Part shown: piece after piece, positions 42,505-64,000 of the stretch
Layout: every line of letters starts with the position of its first letter
Position numbering within the stretch: position 1 is the first letter of the stretch
From: the human T2T-CHM13v2.0 reference genome, Homo sapiens
DNA: 64,000 nucleotides
NCBI RefSeq assembly: GCF_009914755.1
Contig: NC_060933.1
Direction: 5' to 3' (one strand)
Notes under the pieces: model-generated
What the model was told of the DNA's origin: nothing
The model's input: the letters and a program-made list of their open reading frames with translations, nothing else
The model's database searches: none
Translations under genes and position numbers: made by a program

Positions 42505-43712
42505 GTGAGAGAGCCTTTTCTGCTTCCTCCACCCCTGGCTGACGCGCCTCCTCCCAGCAGCACCTGATTGGGACCCAGGGTCCTGTGGTTACTGCGTCTC
42601 CGCCCCAGTATTGAGATTCTCAGTCTCCTCGCGTTACCTCAGACTCCTGTCTTGCCCTTTCCATTTCCAGACTCTTGCATTCCTGCACTTCTGAGAAAAA
42701 CCTCCTCCATTTATTGGGAACATGGTTGACAACTGTAGTTGGGCTGAAAGGATTTTTTTTTTTTTAATGGCAGTTATGACTAGAAGAGAAAAGTGGACTC
42801 TGGGCTCGATGAAAATTAATTTTTTCGTTTGACATCATTGTTGCCATTCTTATGTAAAAGTGCCGGTATGAAGTCAGTCTACTGGAACAAAAACCTTTTC
42901 CCTCACGTCCCTGAAACTTTCCAGATGTCTTGTCATAGTTCATTATTCACTCATTTGTTTATTCATCAAAAAATGTTTTAGGAGTTGCTGTGTGCAAAGG
43001 CGCTGATTGCTATGGGTTAGTCTTAGTTATATACTTAGCTAACCAAGAAATCACTTCTTGCAGGTGTGCAGTGAAGACAAACTATAAAGCTGTAAAGGAA
43101 TGTAAAAGAGCAAGAGTTAAATAATAGGAGTTAAAGAAGAGCCTAAAGATAAATGATGCTGTGGGTCACAGAATTTAACCAGGAGGTTTTTGTTTTTCAT
43201 TTTGTTTGTTTGTTTTTTGCTTTAAAGCACATAAAAAAGGACACCCTGTTTTGTTGTTATAATCTAACATAAGTAACGTTAACAATTTGAGGCAAGACGG
43301 CGTCTTTTCTAGCTATGGCTTTTATAAGAAATGTGCCATAGGGTGCTGGAGCCTCTGTTAAGGTGATATTTGAGCAGAGACCTGAAGAAGCAAGAGAATT
43401 CGCTTAGAAGTTCTGGGGAAAGAGCATTCCAGGCAGGACCAAGAGCCAGTGCAGAGATCCTGAAGTAGGCATGAAGTTGGCCTGTGTATGGAGCAGCAAA
43501 AAGGCCCTTTTTATTAGAGGGCCCATTTGATTAGGAGATAAGGTTGGACAGGAAACTAGGAGCCACGTCCTGTATGGCCTTTTAGGGCCCAGGTATGTTT
43601 TTTGAATCTAAATATATAGACCTTTAGATACCAGCAATAAGGCTTCTGGGATCAGTTTTGGGATAATGTTACAGGAAGCAGTGAAAATTTTTCTCTGTAA
43701 TTTCTTATATTA

Positions 43713-44120
<408 letters not shown>

Positions 44121-44132
44121 TTAATATAATAA

Positions 44133-44459
<327 letters not shown>

Positions 44460-45118
44460 TTAAATTTTTTATTGAGGCATATATGACATACGTAAATAAC
44501 ACAAATTTTAAGTCTACAGTTTGATGAGTTTTTAGATACGTGTACACCACCCAGATCAAGATATAGAGCATTTCCATTCATAAGGTTCCTTCATGCTCCT
44601 TCCCAGCCAGCAGTTCTTCTTACTGTCCTGCTGACTACTGTTTTGACCTCCATCACCATCTGTTCGTTTTGCTTGTTCTGGACTCATGAACAGAATCATA
44701 TAGTAGGTGCTTTGTTCAATGTACGCAGTCTGTTTTTGCTTTAATCATTCCATGAGTATACATCCATATTGTGTGAAGCAGTAGTTCTTTTGCATTGCTG
44801 TGTAGTATTCCATTGTATAATTGTATAAATATATGTTGTATAAATGTAAGTATAGCACAATTTATTCTAATTGGACGTCTGGTTTATTTCTAGTTGTTAG
44901 CTAGCATAAATAAAGTTTCTGTGAGTACTCTTTTGTGTATTTTGGTGAACACATGCATTTCTTTCTTTTGATTGTATATACCTAGGAGTAGAACTGGATA
45001 GAATAGTCATGTGGTTAGCACTGGTACCTTGGTTTTTAATGTGTGGCTCTTGGGCCAGCAGTAACAGCATGACGTGGCAATTCACTAGAAGTGCAGATTC
45101 TTATTGAAAGTCCTTATG

Positions 45119-45425
<307 letters not shown>

Positions 45426-45744
45426 TTATGACTCATGTAGTCCAGTACTTCTTACTCTTCCTTTTCCCAGTGTACATAAGAAAGCAGACCTTGCTAAGCG
45501 TGGTGGCTCATGCCTATAATCCTACCACTTTGGGAGGCTGAGGTGGAAGGATCACTTGAGACCAGGAGTTCGAGACCAGGAGTTCAAGACCAGCCTAGGC
45601 AACATAAAGAAACCCCGTTTCTTAAAAAGTAAACAGAGATTCAAATAAATCCAAATGATCTGTCATAGAGACACACCAGTTACAGGCAGAAGTGGGGGGG
45701 CTCAGGACACAGGTTTTCCAAATTTTAGTCTAGTGCTATAGAAC

Positions 45745-46190
<446 letters not shown>

Positions 46191-46744
46191 GAAGAAATGT
46201 TCTTTTTAAACTGTGAGATGACCTCACAAAGATGAACAGGTCAATGTAAATTATTAAATAATTGGTAATGATAAGTAGGGCCGAAACTTTGATGATGAAT
46301 GTGAGTGTATTTCTCCTGGATTGTCCCAAGGGCTACTTTAACAGGCATTTGGGATTCAGGTCACTTGGTATCATGTGAGTTAAAATGTGTATATTTGATA
46401 TAAGGTCATCCAATTAGGAATAAAGGGGAATGTTCTTATCACATAGGCTGTTTCACATTTTTCATTCATTCAACAAAGAATGAACATTAAGTGGTGAATG
46501 TTGTACTGGAAATCAGGAATCTAAGGATGGATAAGCTTCAGTGAGTGAGTTTTCAGTCTAGTGGAAAGACAAGTCAACAGATCATTAAAATATAAGGTAA
46601 CTACTGTAATGGGGTTGTGTATAAAATGAGCGTAGCAGAATAGAATCCGACTGAGGGAGTTAAAAACTTTACAGAGGAGGTTGCAAAATTCAGTAGGGAG
46701 AGAAAACGTGTGAATTTTGAGAATCGTTCAGGGCCCAGTGTGTG

Positions 46745-46965
46745 TGGTGGTTAAGAACCCAGGCTCTGGAGTCAGAGACTCTTGGGTCAAAGTTCTGGTT
46801 TCATGATAACGGTGTAACTTCAGTAAGGTTCCTGTCATCAGTCCAGAGCAGATTTCTCATCTGTCAAATGGGAACAAATAGGACCTACTTGAAAGGTTTA
46901 TTTTGAAGATAAGTGAGGTACCCTGTATCATATGCTTAGTACAGTGCCAGGCACATGGTAAATAC
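46745..46965 (+). mobile_element. MIR
   Basis: tggttaagaacccaggctctggagtcaga...tttctcatctgtcaaatggg...cagtgccaggcacatggtaa. Confidence 0.7.
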
Positions 46966-47698
46966 TACATAACTGTTCTGTTTGGGGAATAATACAAGTT
47001 GTTCAGTAGTATTAGCACATAAAATGTGAGGAGGCAAGTGCTAGGAGATAAAGGTTAAACAAGTGGAGAGAGGCCAGGCCATCAAAGGCATTAAATCTCA
47101 ACAGATGGTTTTCAGTTTTATCATATGATCATGGAGACCTGTGAAGAATTTGGAGGAAGGGAATGAAATTTTCTGAATTACAAAACCTACTTTAAAAGCA
47201 GAGTAGATAATGAATTGGAGGAGACACAAGGGATAGTGGATAGCAGGAAGATGGTGGTACAGACCAGGTCAAAGATGAATATCTGCATGCAGGGCAGTGA
47301 TTGTGGGCATGGAGGGGAGTTGTTTTATGTAAAATGCACTGGACTTGGTGATGATTGGAATATAAGGGATGACTCCTGAGTTTCTGGCTGGGGGAATGTA
47401 GTAGGAATTGGTGCCTTTCACTTAAATAGCACCTAGGATGATAGCACTTAGAAGATTGCATTCAGCATGGGGGAATAGGTTTGAAGGGAGGAATTAGTTT
47501 TAGATTTTGAATATTTGTATTTGAATTGCCTCTGGGACATTTTGGGTGAAGTCTAGAGAAAACTATGCTGATATTGTACAGGAGCACTGTCTAGGCTCTC
47601 AAGATAGACTTGAGTCATCAGGATGATTCAAGACATATGTGAAGCCTCCGACACCACTTAAAGAGTCAAAGAATGTTTCTAAAGGGGAGGAAGTCTAA

Positions 47699-48034
<336 letters not shown>

Positions 48035-49354
48035 TAAAAAGCAACAGAATGGTAAGCTGAAAGGTCTGGTTATTGTCAGGGGCCACAGAGAGATCAAGTC
48101 AGATAGGAATCAGTTGGATTTGATAAGGGGTTACTAGTGGCTCTGAGAAGATTAAGACTAGAGAGGCAAACATTTTTATATTTTGTGGCCAAGGAGATGT
48201 GGTCAAATTAGAGATTGGGGAAAAGGCGGAAAAAGTCTGCAAGGAGAGAAATCAATACTTTTCATTGAGTGCCTACTGGATGCCAGGTATAGATCTAAGT
48301 AAGCCCCAAATCCTGGAGTGATCTTCAATTTTTCTTATCCCACATTGGCAAGTCTTGCTGGCTCTAATATATTCCAGCTCATTGTATTTCTCTTCATCAC
48401 CTCTATGGCTAACATCCTTTTCTAGCCTAGACTTAATGTATTAGTTTCCTAAGAAGTCTGTGTTTCCAGTCCTGATTTGTTATAATGTATTCACCATACA
48501 GCAACCAGAATGATATTTGAAAAGAGTAAATTGGACCATTTCTCTCTCCTACTAACAATGAACTTTCCATGGCTTTCCATCACACCTAAGGTCCAAATTC
48601 CTTATAACAGCCTGCAAGGTACAAAGTGAGGCCCTTGAAGTAGCATCTTATAGCTTCTTTGCTCTCTTAGTTTGAGCCACACTTTGTTTCTGTTGATTGA
48701 ATGCAACCCCAGGTGAGTTGAGGGGCATCTGTATTCATTGCTTGGTGAGAGTTATCTATTAGGTTAAAGCAAAGTCAGTGACACATGTGGCTATTGAAAT
48801 AATTTTACCATTTAAGAAAACTACCAAATCCCTAGAGTTTGTAGGTAGTTGGCAGAAAATAAAAGTGTTCCTGTGTTCCTGCATCTGCCCTTGATCTCCC
48901 TAATTGTATAATCTCTTACATCATTATTTTTCCAGCTACCACACCTATATATTATGACTGCACAGGGTGAAAAAGTTTTAATCTCTCTAATGTTAACTCT
49001 TGATCAGTTGCCATAGCCATCTATTAGATTATATCTCGGCTTTGAACAGGATGTTTAATTGCATTTTATTAGAGTTGTGTGCTATTGATAGAGGATAAGA
49101 GAGGGCCAGGTAAGCTTGATGGTGTAGATATTGATTGTCTTAACCTCCCTGAGCTCTAGATTTAACTTTTAGTCTTTCTTTATTGGACAGCTTCACATTT
49201 TCTAGGAATTTCAAATTCTATATGATGTTTGAATCTTCTCCAAGTTAGAAGGAGAAAATCTGTAATGGTCAATGCATATCAGTTAAACTCTTCAGAATAT
49301 GTGAGGTGATAATAATTACCATTTATTGAGTTCTGTAGGTCAGGAACTAAATGC

Positions 49355-49658
<304 letters not shown>

Positions 49659-49888
49659 CCCTAAATGCTTTACAGTACAGAAATACTATGTTAGATTGTC
49701 TACTTTTGGGAGGAGGGGCAGCAGAAGGGGAGATCCTCTTATGAGGAAAAACTCCAAGATTACCTCCCTGTTATCTTTCCTCCAAATAGTTTCTGATAAT
49801 AAGTTATTTGTTTAAAAATTATGTTTTAATTAGAATTTGATGGCTTTTGAATACCTTTTACTGACACTCAACATGTTTGTTTTTGTAG

Positions 49889-49979
49889 GAACTGACTAAG
49901 ACTTTGGAACAGAAACCAGATGATGCACAATATTATCGTCAAAGAGCTTATTGTCACATTCTTCTTGGGAATTACTGTG
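49889..49979 (+). pseudogene. SUGT1P4: SUGT1-like exon 3 (91 nt, TPR region)
   Basis: tgtag|GAACTG...TACTGTG|gtaatt; encodes [30 protein letters not shown]. Confidence 0.93.
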
Positions 49980-50205
49980 GTAATTTTTCTTATAAAGTAT
50001 ATTGCCCCTTTTTAATAAGTTACTTATACATTTTACCCATAACCAATTAATCAAATAAAATAAAGGTTGTCTTTGAGGATTTTTGAGTTGGTCTTTCATA
50101 CAAGGTAAAGTAGCTCAAGTGTGACAGATATGTTGAGCAACACCTATTTAAATTTTATGGATGTCTCTTCTTGCTTCAGTGGGTGGATAATGTATATAGG
50201 TTTCA

Positions 50206-51398
<1,193 letters not shown>

Positions 51399-51775
51399 TA
51401 ATTTGCTTTCTTGGTCAGAAGTCTGTTCATTTTAAGTTATTAAGAATGCTGAGATGGGAAATCTTAACAATAAGGTTTTTATGGAGAAGTGAAGTGTACA
51501 TTTGGATAAATTATGAGAGAGTACAGAAGAAACCCAGAGTTTTGAGAGTATTGTTAGTTTTTAATGTTATATTTTTGAGGGGAATATATGAAAATTATCA
51601 CAGCATTGTGGATATTTAGACATATATAGGAATTGTGAGAGCAAGAATTTTAAAATCGGAAAAATACTAAGACAGAGGTTATGAGTAATCCCAGAAAATT
51701 GTAGACTACATAGTCCTACTTGTACTATTATTTTATCTTTATGTTATGATAGAGTTTTATCACAATTCTGTAAAG

Positions 51776-51996
51776 CAGTGATTCTTAACTGGAAGCAGTT
51801 GTTTCCCAGGAAACTTTAGGCAATGTTTGAAGAAATTTTTTATTATCATGAATGGTGGATGGGGGAGGAGCTACTGACATCTAATGAGTATAAACCAGGG
51901 GGTACTACGAAACATCCCATAATGGCCAGTACAGTCCTGCCCAACAGAGAAGTATCTGGTTCAAAATGTCAGTAGTGCTGAGTTAAGAAGCTCTGC
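51776..51996. mobile_element. MER20-like DNA transposon
   Basis: cagtgattcttaac...ggcaatgtttgaaga...gctactgacatctaatgagta...aaaatgtcagtagtgctgag. Confidence 0.75.
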
Positions 51997-52314
51997 TCTT
52001 ACGTATTATATGTTAAATTCTTACTCTGTACTGCTTTGAATGTTTGCTTTTCTGCTGTATACCTATTCAAAAAAGAGATTTTAGGCCTGATTACACAAAT
52101 GGAAGCTACAAATTAGGAAAGGAAAGGTCTGGGTGACAGGGCTTATTGTCAAATTTGCTTATCCCAGTTTCAGTTTTGGTATGTGAATAATAGGGCTATT
52201 CAGTCAGGAAGACAGCATATCTACACTCCTAGCAAATTCCAGAGTCAAGTTATCTAGTGCCTTGATACATACTTGAAAACCCTGAAAAAACGTGGGTCAT
52301 ACCATGCTCTACAT

Positions 52315-53388
<1,074 letters not shown>

Positions 53389-54562
53389 GAATAATATCTT
53401 AATATCATGCCATTGACATTTATTCTCTAATTACTTCAGAGGTGGCCTTCAGAAGAAGGCCTCTTTGGTAAAATTGCTATTGAGGATATTTCACTAAAAA
53501 ACAAATTTATCTTTACATTTAAATCCAGGAAAAATTTAAGTTAAACTTTTAGGCTTCTATTTTTATCAGACAGGGTAAAAAATTTATAACTCAGAATATT
53601 ACCTTTTCCCCTCTTTGTATGATAGACTGCCTGATTTTAGTTACTGATTATTTAAAATAATAAGTTATTCAAACCCTCTTCTCTAGAATATAGTGTGTGT
53701 GAGACAGTATATTTAAAATTTTTATTAAGGCCCATGTAGTTGTATTTCTTTTATAAATTAGTAAATTAGAAAATTTTGTTTTAAGAGATTTTTAATTTAA
53801 AATTTCCAGATTACTCTTGGCTGGAGTTAACTTGAATTAGTAGGCTTTTATTTAGAGTACTCTCGATGTTTTTAACGTATTTCACTATGCACTGTGTATA
53901 GATGTAATCGTTGTTCTGTGTCTCCAGAAGTGAATAATTTGTTTACGCATACATTTACACTATTATCTGTAAGTATATAATTTATCACCTGTAGCCTCTT
54001 GACCCCCATGTAACTTGGATATATGAGAAAACTTCACAGAATTTAAAGATGCTTCTTGGTGTTGGTAGGAAAGGGATGGGAACAGATAAAGCCACTGAGA
54101 GAATAGTGGACTGAATAGGTAGCTGCATTGAAGAGTGAGCTGGGGCTGGGAAAGGCTTAAGGACCTCAACTCAGCTCCCAGTTACCAAGCCTCCTCCCCA
54201 CCCTAACTAATGGCATTTTGGGAGTCTGATTTAGATCTGACTTTGTTGTGTGTATGAGGAAGCTTCTCTAAGGGCAGAGGGATTGAGGGAAATGTACATT
54301 ATTTATATCTATGAAATTAGGTTTACTGTAGTTAAAATTAATTTTAAAAAATCAAAATGTTTCAGGATAAACAACCAAGTGTTAAACTATTGGTATGTTT
54401 ATAGCTATAACAGAGTTTGCCATAAGTTCTGTTAAGACAGGTTTTATTCACTGCTGACTCCCCAGTGCCTAGAACAGTGCCTGGGATGTAATAGGTATTT
54501 AATAACTATTTGCTGATTAACAGGTTGTGCAGATGAGTGATGTAATAGGTTTTTCTTTCTAG

Positions 54563-54614
54563 GTGCAGATGCTAATTTCAGTGACTGGATTAAAAGGTGT
54601 CGAAGCTCAGAATG
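54563..54614 (+). pseudogene. SUGT1P4: SUGT1-like exon (ADANFSDWIKRC..), 52 nt, frameshifted
   Basis: tctag|GTGCAGATGCT...CAGAATG|gtatgt; the CQEAQN-coding stretch is 2 nt short. Confidence 0.9.
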
Positions 54615-54842
54615 GTATGTAGATCTCCCATGGTATTTCAATTTAAAAAGAAGTAAACATTTGAAATTTTTTGGTTTAAACAAATTTGTTTTTACCTTTA
54701 TAATTTATTTTAAATAATACATGTTTCCTTAAATGTAGACTTCCAAAAATATAATGTTTTTTGCCTAGCTTCTTAGGTTGAAAAGGAGATTTGGGTGAAT
54801 TTGCTGGTATGACATATCAGTAAGAAATTACTAAGGAGTCTA

Positions 54843-55136
<294 letters not shown>

Positions 55137-55311
55137 TTACTAAGGAGTCTAAAATGAATTCAGGAGGCAAAATGAACCCACTTTTCTTTAGTTGAAAGGT
55201 ATGGAGAATTGGCTTGCTTAATCAGTATGTTTGTGCAATAAAAATCATATAAATACCTTTGCCTTTAAATGTACTGTTAACTGAAAATTCTTCCTTTTTA
55301 TGTTTTAATAG

Positions 55312-55328
55312 GCTCGGAATCTGAGGTG
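55312..55328 (+). pseudogene. SUGT1P4: SUGT1-like 17-nt microexon (SESEV)
   Basis: taatag|GCTCGGAATCTGAGGTG|gtaagt. Confidence 0.88.
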
Positions 55329-55796
55329 GTAAGTCCAGAGTTTTCATTCTTCATGTTTTTATTTACTTAGGTTAAATTTCAAGTACCCAATATATTTGAG
55401 ACAGGACTCAGGATGAGCTCTCTGTCAGCTAAATATTAAGCAATTCCATTTAAGTACTGGTTCCTCTAGGAACTGAAATAAAGCCATTTTTTCATAAATA
55501 TGGAAGTTTCTAGTCATGAAATTTATTGGGCTATTTTAATGAATTTATCGTGTGGTTAAAATCGATTTCGTATGTTTTAGTATGGTCAAAATGATTATTT
55601 ATCTGTTCCTTACTAAAACCTTATTACATTTATTTAGGTCCAACAGTTTGAATCACTTGTAGGGCTTTTTATGATAGGCTAAGACAAAAGTTAAGGAAAA
55701 TTGGAAATGTTTATCTTTAATTCAGTGTAATGTTTATTGTTTTGGGCATGAAGACCTTCAAGTCTTTTCAGTTATTAAAAATTATGGTGGAATTGA

Positions 55797-58922
<3,126 letters not shown>

Positions 58923-59317
58923 TATTTTTTATTATATAAGTGTGTTCTGTGTTGTATTTTTGTTTGCTAAACTTGGCAGCCCTTGCCATGTGCATTGCAC
59001 AGTGGGTGCTTAGTTCAGTGAATCAATCAAAATTGGGTTCTAGTTTTAGTCCTGTGGTACTGGCAGAGTATTTTTATTCTTAGTTTTGCAGGTGAAAAAA
59101 AAATCTGAGGTTAATGGACTCTAAATCTTTCCCTAAGTTTACCTAGTTAACTAAATTGCTCAGCCTGGCCCAGGAGACATACATACACTTGACTCCCAAG
59201 CAAACTAGTACACCTTTGCTTAGTTTTTTTCCTAAGTTTTGAATTGAAGAACTTAGATTCTAAGGATTTGTTCTAAAGGATGATTATTTTTCTTGTCCTG
59301 TCCCTGGAATCTCCATA

Positions 59318-60290
59318 TTTTATACATATATATTATATATATATTGTATATATAATATATATTTTATATATATTATATATATATTGTATATATAATATAT
59401 ATTTTATATATATTATATATATATTGTATATATAATATATATTTTATGTATATTATATATTGTATATATAATATATATTTTATGTATATTATATATTGTA
59501 TATATAATATATATTTTATGTATATTATATATTGTATATATAATATATATTTTATGTATATTATATATTGTATATATAATATATATTTTATGTATATTAT
59601 ATATTGTATATATAATATATATTTTATGTATATTATATATTGTATATATAATATATATTTTATGTATATTATATATTGTATATATAATATATATTTTATG
59701 TATATTATATATTGTATATATAATATATATTTTATGTATATTATATATTGTATATATAATATATATTTTATGTATATTATATATTGTATATATAATATAT
59801 ATTTTATATGTATATTATATATATTTATGTATATATTATATATTTTATATATATTATATATTATATATATGTATATAATATATTATATATTATATATTAT
59901 ATATATGTATATAATATATTATATATTATATATTATATATATGTATATAATATATTATATATTATATATTATATATATGTATATAATATATTATATATAA
60001 TATATTATATATTATATATTATATATAATATATAATATATAATATATTATATATTATATATATTTTGTATATATAATATATTATATATATTATATATTAT
60101 ATATATTTTATATATAATATATTATATATATTTTATATATAATATATATTTATATATTATATATTTTATATATATTTATTATATATAATATATATTTTTA
60201 TATATTATATTTTATATATATTATATATTATATATGTAATATAATATATATTATATATATTTTATATATATATACACACACACACAAACA
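59318..60290. repeat. AT-rich minisatellite (36-bp units) grading into low-complexity (TA) and (CA)n
   Basis: Ten perfect copies of atgtatattatatattgtatatataatatatatttt (59446-59805), preceded by 40-bp variants and followed by a second 36-bp unit type. Confidence 0.97.
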
Positions 60291-61066
60291 TAATCTTGTT
60301 AGATTACTAACTCTAAAAACTATTTGGGGGAAAACAAATTGAAAGAAGTTTTCTTAATTATGTCTTAAGGGAAATAAATGATAAAAATCTTTCAATTTCC
60401 TTTTTTATACAGTAGAGGGAGACAGTATTAGAATACTGAAAATAAAATCTGAGGCTTACTTTGTGGACACTAAGAGAGAACAGTACTAAAATAATTTGCT
60501 CTTCATATATTCAGATATCTTGATTGTGTTTCACTGTTTGGATATCTTGGACCTTTGTGAATTAAGAAAAGATGCATTTTGCTGGGAGAATCTGCTTAGT
60601 ATTAGAGCTTCTGTAAAATTTGCAGCTTAAAAGAGTGATTTCTGTGCTTTTGAGAATTCTCTTTTCTTTCCCACCTTCAAGGTTGAATGAATGTTGCATG
60701 TCCATGTGTAGTCAGTCGGTGGTTGAATGTTATTAATTTGAATGATATATAATTTGCGATGAAAGTAAGAAGAGAAAGAGGTAAAACCCTGAAATTAATG
60801 AAATAGCATTTCTTAACTATTTTACAATATAATATCTAATATGTTTTTTCCAAGCCAGGATTCATGTTTTTTCAGTATCTCTGATAGTTATTTCTACCTT
60901 TTGCTGAATATCACCTTTCATGTTAGCCTATTAATTTTTTAGAAATTAAGAAACTATAATTTTTTATTTCATCTTGTTAATTTAATGACACTCTTCTCTG
61001 GTCACAGTCTCAGAATTGTGACTTTAGTGTCACCTATATTGTGAAATATTCATTTTAAATATTAGG

Positions 61067-61342
<276 letters not shown>

Positions 61343-62029
61343 CATTAATTTTTATTCCCTTTAAGAATTAGAATTCTCAGTCTTTTGGGGTGAATTTGCC
61401 CTTGTGGAAATGTTGTTTTATTCCTATTTTTAGTCAGAATAATTTTTCTGTATTAAACAATACAAAATGTGAAAGCCTGGAATTGTGGGAATTAAAAATG
61501 TATGTCTTAGAAGCAAAATAGCCTCCTTTTCTTTTACTAAAATTTGTGAAGTTTTAAAGTAATCCCTTTTTTTAATGTTCAGAGAAGAATATATGTATGT
61601 TAAAGAATCCTAGTGATAATGTAATGGAATGGGGTATCTGGGCATGATGCTCCTGCTTGTCTGAATACATATATATGGGAATTTTAAAAATTGTTGTTTT
61701 AACATCTTGCTTCATATAGTGGTGGTGATAATAGTGAGAATTGTTTAATTTTTTTAATTGAGTTAGTTAAGAATCCACAAATCGTAGATCTTAGAATGTA
61801 TTCTTGTTACTTTTGATATATTTTGTAACATATATTTATATATTTTTAAAGAATACTTTTACTCTACATAATTTTTAAACAGCTATACATTGTCAATATT
61901 TTTATCATGTCCTTACATATTCAACAGCAAAGTATTTCATCGTATGCATGTACTGTACCTTATTTAGCCAGCTCCATTTTGTTTGTCCTGTGGATAATTA
62001 TAATAGCTGTTTTGACTGTTTTACCACAT

Positions 62030-62375
62030 TGCAGGCACTGTACTGTGTATTATCTCATGTAATTCTCATAGTTACTGCATGGTGTAGGTATTTTTATCCC
62101 CAGTTTACAGGTAGAGAAACTGAGCTCAGAGATGTTAAATAATTTGTCCAGGTTTTTCGGATTATACTGATGAAGATACTGATAACTAGCATTCTGTTGT
62201 CAGTTATTTGCCAGACAGGGTTCTTTATTTTTCTTATACATAGTATCATTTATTCTTGAGAACCCTGAATGAGTTATTCTTGAGAACCTAAATAAGTTAG
62301 GGCCTACTAAGTCATTTGCAATACAATACAATAGGAGAAACTGAGGCTCGCTGAGATTAAGTTGCTTGCTTATGG
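62030..62375 (-). mobile_element. MIR fragments
   Basis: tttacaggtagagaaactgagctcagagatgttaaataatttgtcca; gagaaactgaggctcgctgagattaag. Confidence 0.65.
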
Positions 62376-63859
62376 TTATACATCCAACAAATGGCACCTA
62401 TTTCCAAGTTTTTCTGTTTACACAACTGATTGTTTTTGTCCCAACCCCTGCTTATTTCTGAGGAAATAAGTAAAAATTCTAGCTGAAAAAGACATTTCCA
62501 GCAAATTATTTCATATTTTGTCTTCCTCCTCTCTGAAATATGGATAACAGTCTTTTTTTTTTTAATAGGGTGATTTTATTAAGTGAGATAATGCATGTGT
62601 GAAGCATGTAGCACACAGGGTATTATATAAAAGTCAATAAATGTTACTAGTACTATTTCTATTATTTTATTTTGGTTATTTAGATTTTTATTCAGGCTGT
62701 AAAAGCAGTAAATGCATATTATAACATATCACAGAAAATCTGGAAAAGATAAAGGAGCTTAGGAAGTAATCACTCAGACTCACCACTGATGACATTTTAG
62801 CCTGTTTCCCTCGGGATAACTCATTATTTCCTGATACATAGGTCGATCACTACACATGACATGTACTGGAATCTTTTTACTTATGGGAATGTCTCTTCTG
62901 ATTAACTACTTTAAGAAGAAAAGAGGCTGTGTCCTCATGTACCAGCACTGTTTCTAGCTCAGAGTGGGTACTCAGCAAATATTTGAAATGAGCTGTTAGA
63001 AGCTTGAGAGAAGACCTTTCAGGTCTTCGCCATTTGTTGCCATTTTTTGCATTTAAAAAATGATTATAAAAAGATTTTAGTTTAAAAACAAAGAAGGTAG
63101 ATGTACTAGTTTGAGCTCAGGAAGACTGAGCTATTATCAGACAAAGGAATTTGATGTAACAATGAAACGTGCAAAGAGCTCAGTAAGAGTATGTTGGGAA
63201 GGTTGCATTCTGAAGATCGGGGAACAATTATTTAATGAGTACAGTCTTGAAGTATATGTTTCTCAAAAGTTTGCCAATAAATTGCCCCAGCTCTTTAGTC
63301 TCTGGGAAAGATCTCTTCATGTTAGTCAGTAGTGGTAAGTGGAATCTTCCCACTTAAGATGGTGGTGTCTGGATATCATGATTGTGTAAGAGTAATGACA
63401 TCTCTTTAATTTTGAAGTTTCTTTCATTGGAAAAAATTAAACTCTGTGCTATGCAGAGGAGACTTTAGAGGTGGATGGATGGTAATACGTATAATGTTGA
63501 GAACTAATGATCCAGCACAGTAGGGATTCTTATTGATAACCCGTGAATACTCTTTTGGGATATTAACACCTCGAGAACTTTCCCGGTACATATGAGAGCA
63601 ACATTCAAGCAAACTACCAAAGTTTTAAGTTAACTTTTAAAGTATTTTTGACTTAAATGAAAATGGAATGGTTTCTTAATGGTTGCAATAAAAACCTCTG
63701 AAATTGGACTAGTGCTAGTTCTAGAACTATCTCCCAGAATCAAGACTTAAAACTTCATTTTTAAAAACATTGAAACATTTGAAAGTGCAAGCATTGAAAG
63801 TGAATTAAGTGTAAAAAGGAATTCATAGAAAATTAGCACCTCCCTTCTTTTCCTTTGCT

Positions 63860-64000
63860 GGGGGAGACAGGGTCTTACTCTGTTGCCTATGCTGGAGTCC
63901 AGTGGCACTATCATGGCTCACTGCAGTCTCAACTACCTGGGCTCAAGTGATCCTTCCACTTCAGCTTCCCAAAGTGCCAGGATTACAAGCGTGAGCCACT
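63860..64000 (-). mobile_element. FLAM/AluJ fragment at the window edge
   Basis: gagacagggtcttactctgttgcc...gattacaagcgtgagccact. Confidence 0.8.

Noticed and set aside
59446-60035. 184-aa Tyr/Ile-rich ORF
   Set aside because: It is an artefact of the 36-bp AT minisatellite.

Overview
This is primate genomic DNA, most likely human. By recognition of the gene combination (not a database search) it matches the 9q22.33 ZNF322P1 / ANKRD18CP / SUGT1P4 segmental-duplication locus. Left half, minus strand: exons 1-4 of an ANKRD18-family ankyrin gene copy (25002 to 4229), all with canonical splice sites and an uninterrupted frame. Three of its introns carry retro-insertions: a 5.5-kb two-LTR HERV-H/LTR7 provirus (intron 1, antisense), a full-length 6.16-kb L1PA3/4-type LINE-1 (intron 2, antisense) and a processed ZNF322 retrocopy with an intact 402-aa ORF (intron 4, sense). 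Right half, plus strand: an old L1M block, a solo HERV-K(HML-2) LTR5, a CpG-island promoter and a frameshifted, intron-containing SUGT1 pseudogene, with many Alus and an AT-rich minisatellite. The most interesting observation is that the L1 antisense promoter and its open ORF0 point directly at ANKRD18 exon 3. A candidate phase-0 splice donor would give an in-frame ORF0-ankyrin fusion, and exon 4 could splice into an acceptor-like site just upstream of the intact ZNF322 ORF. This would be a transcription unit assembled from retroelements; it is predicted from sequence only. No rRNA, tRNA or CRISPR features are present. Repeat boundaries and subfamily calls are by eye and approximate.
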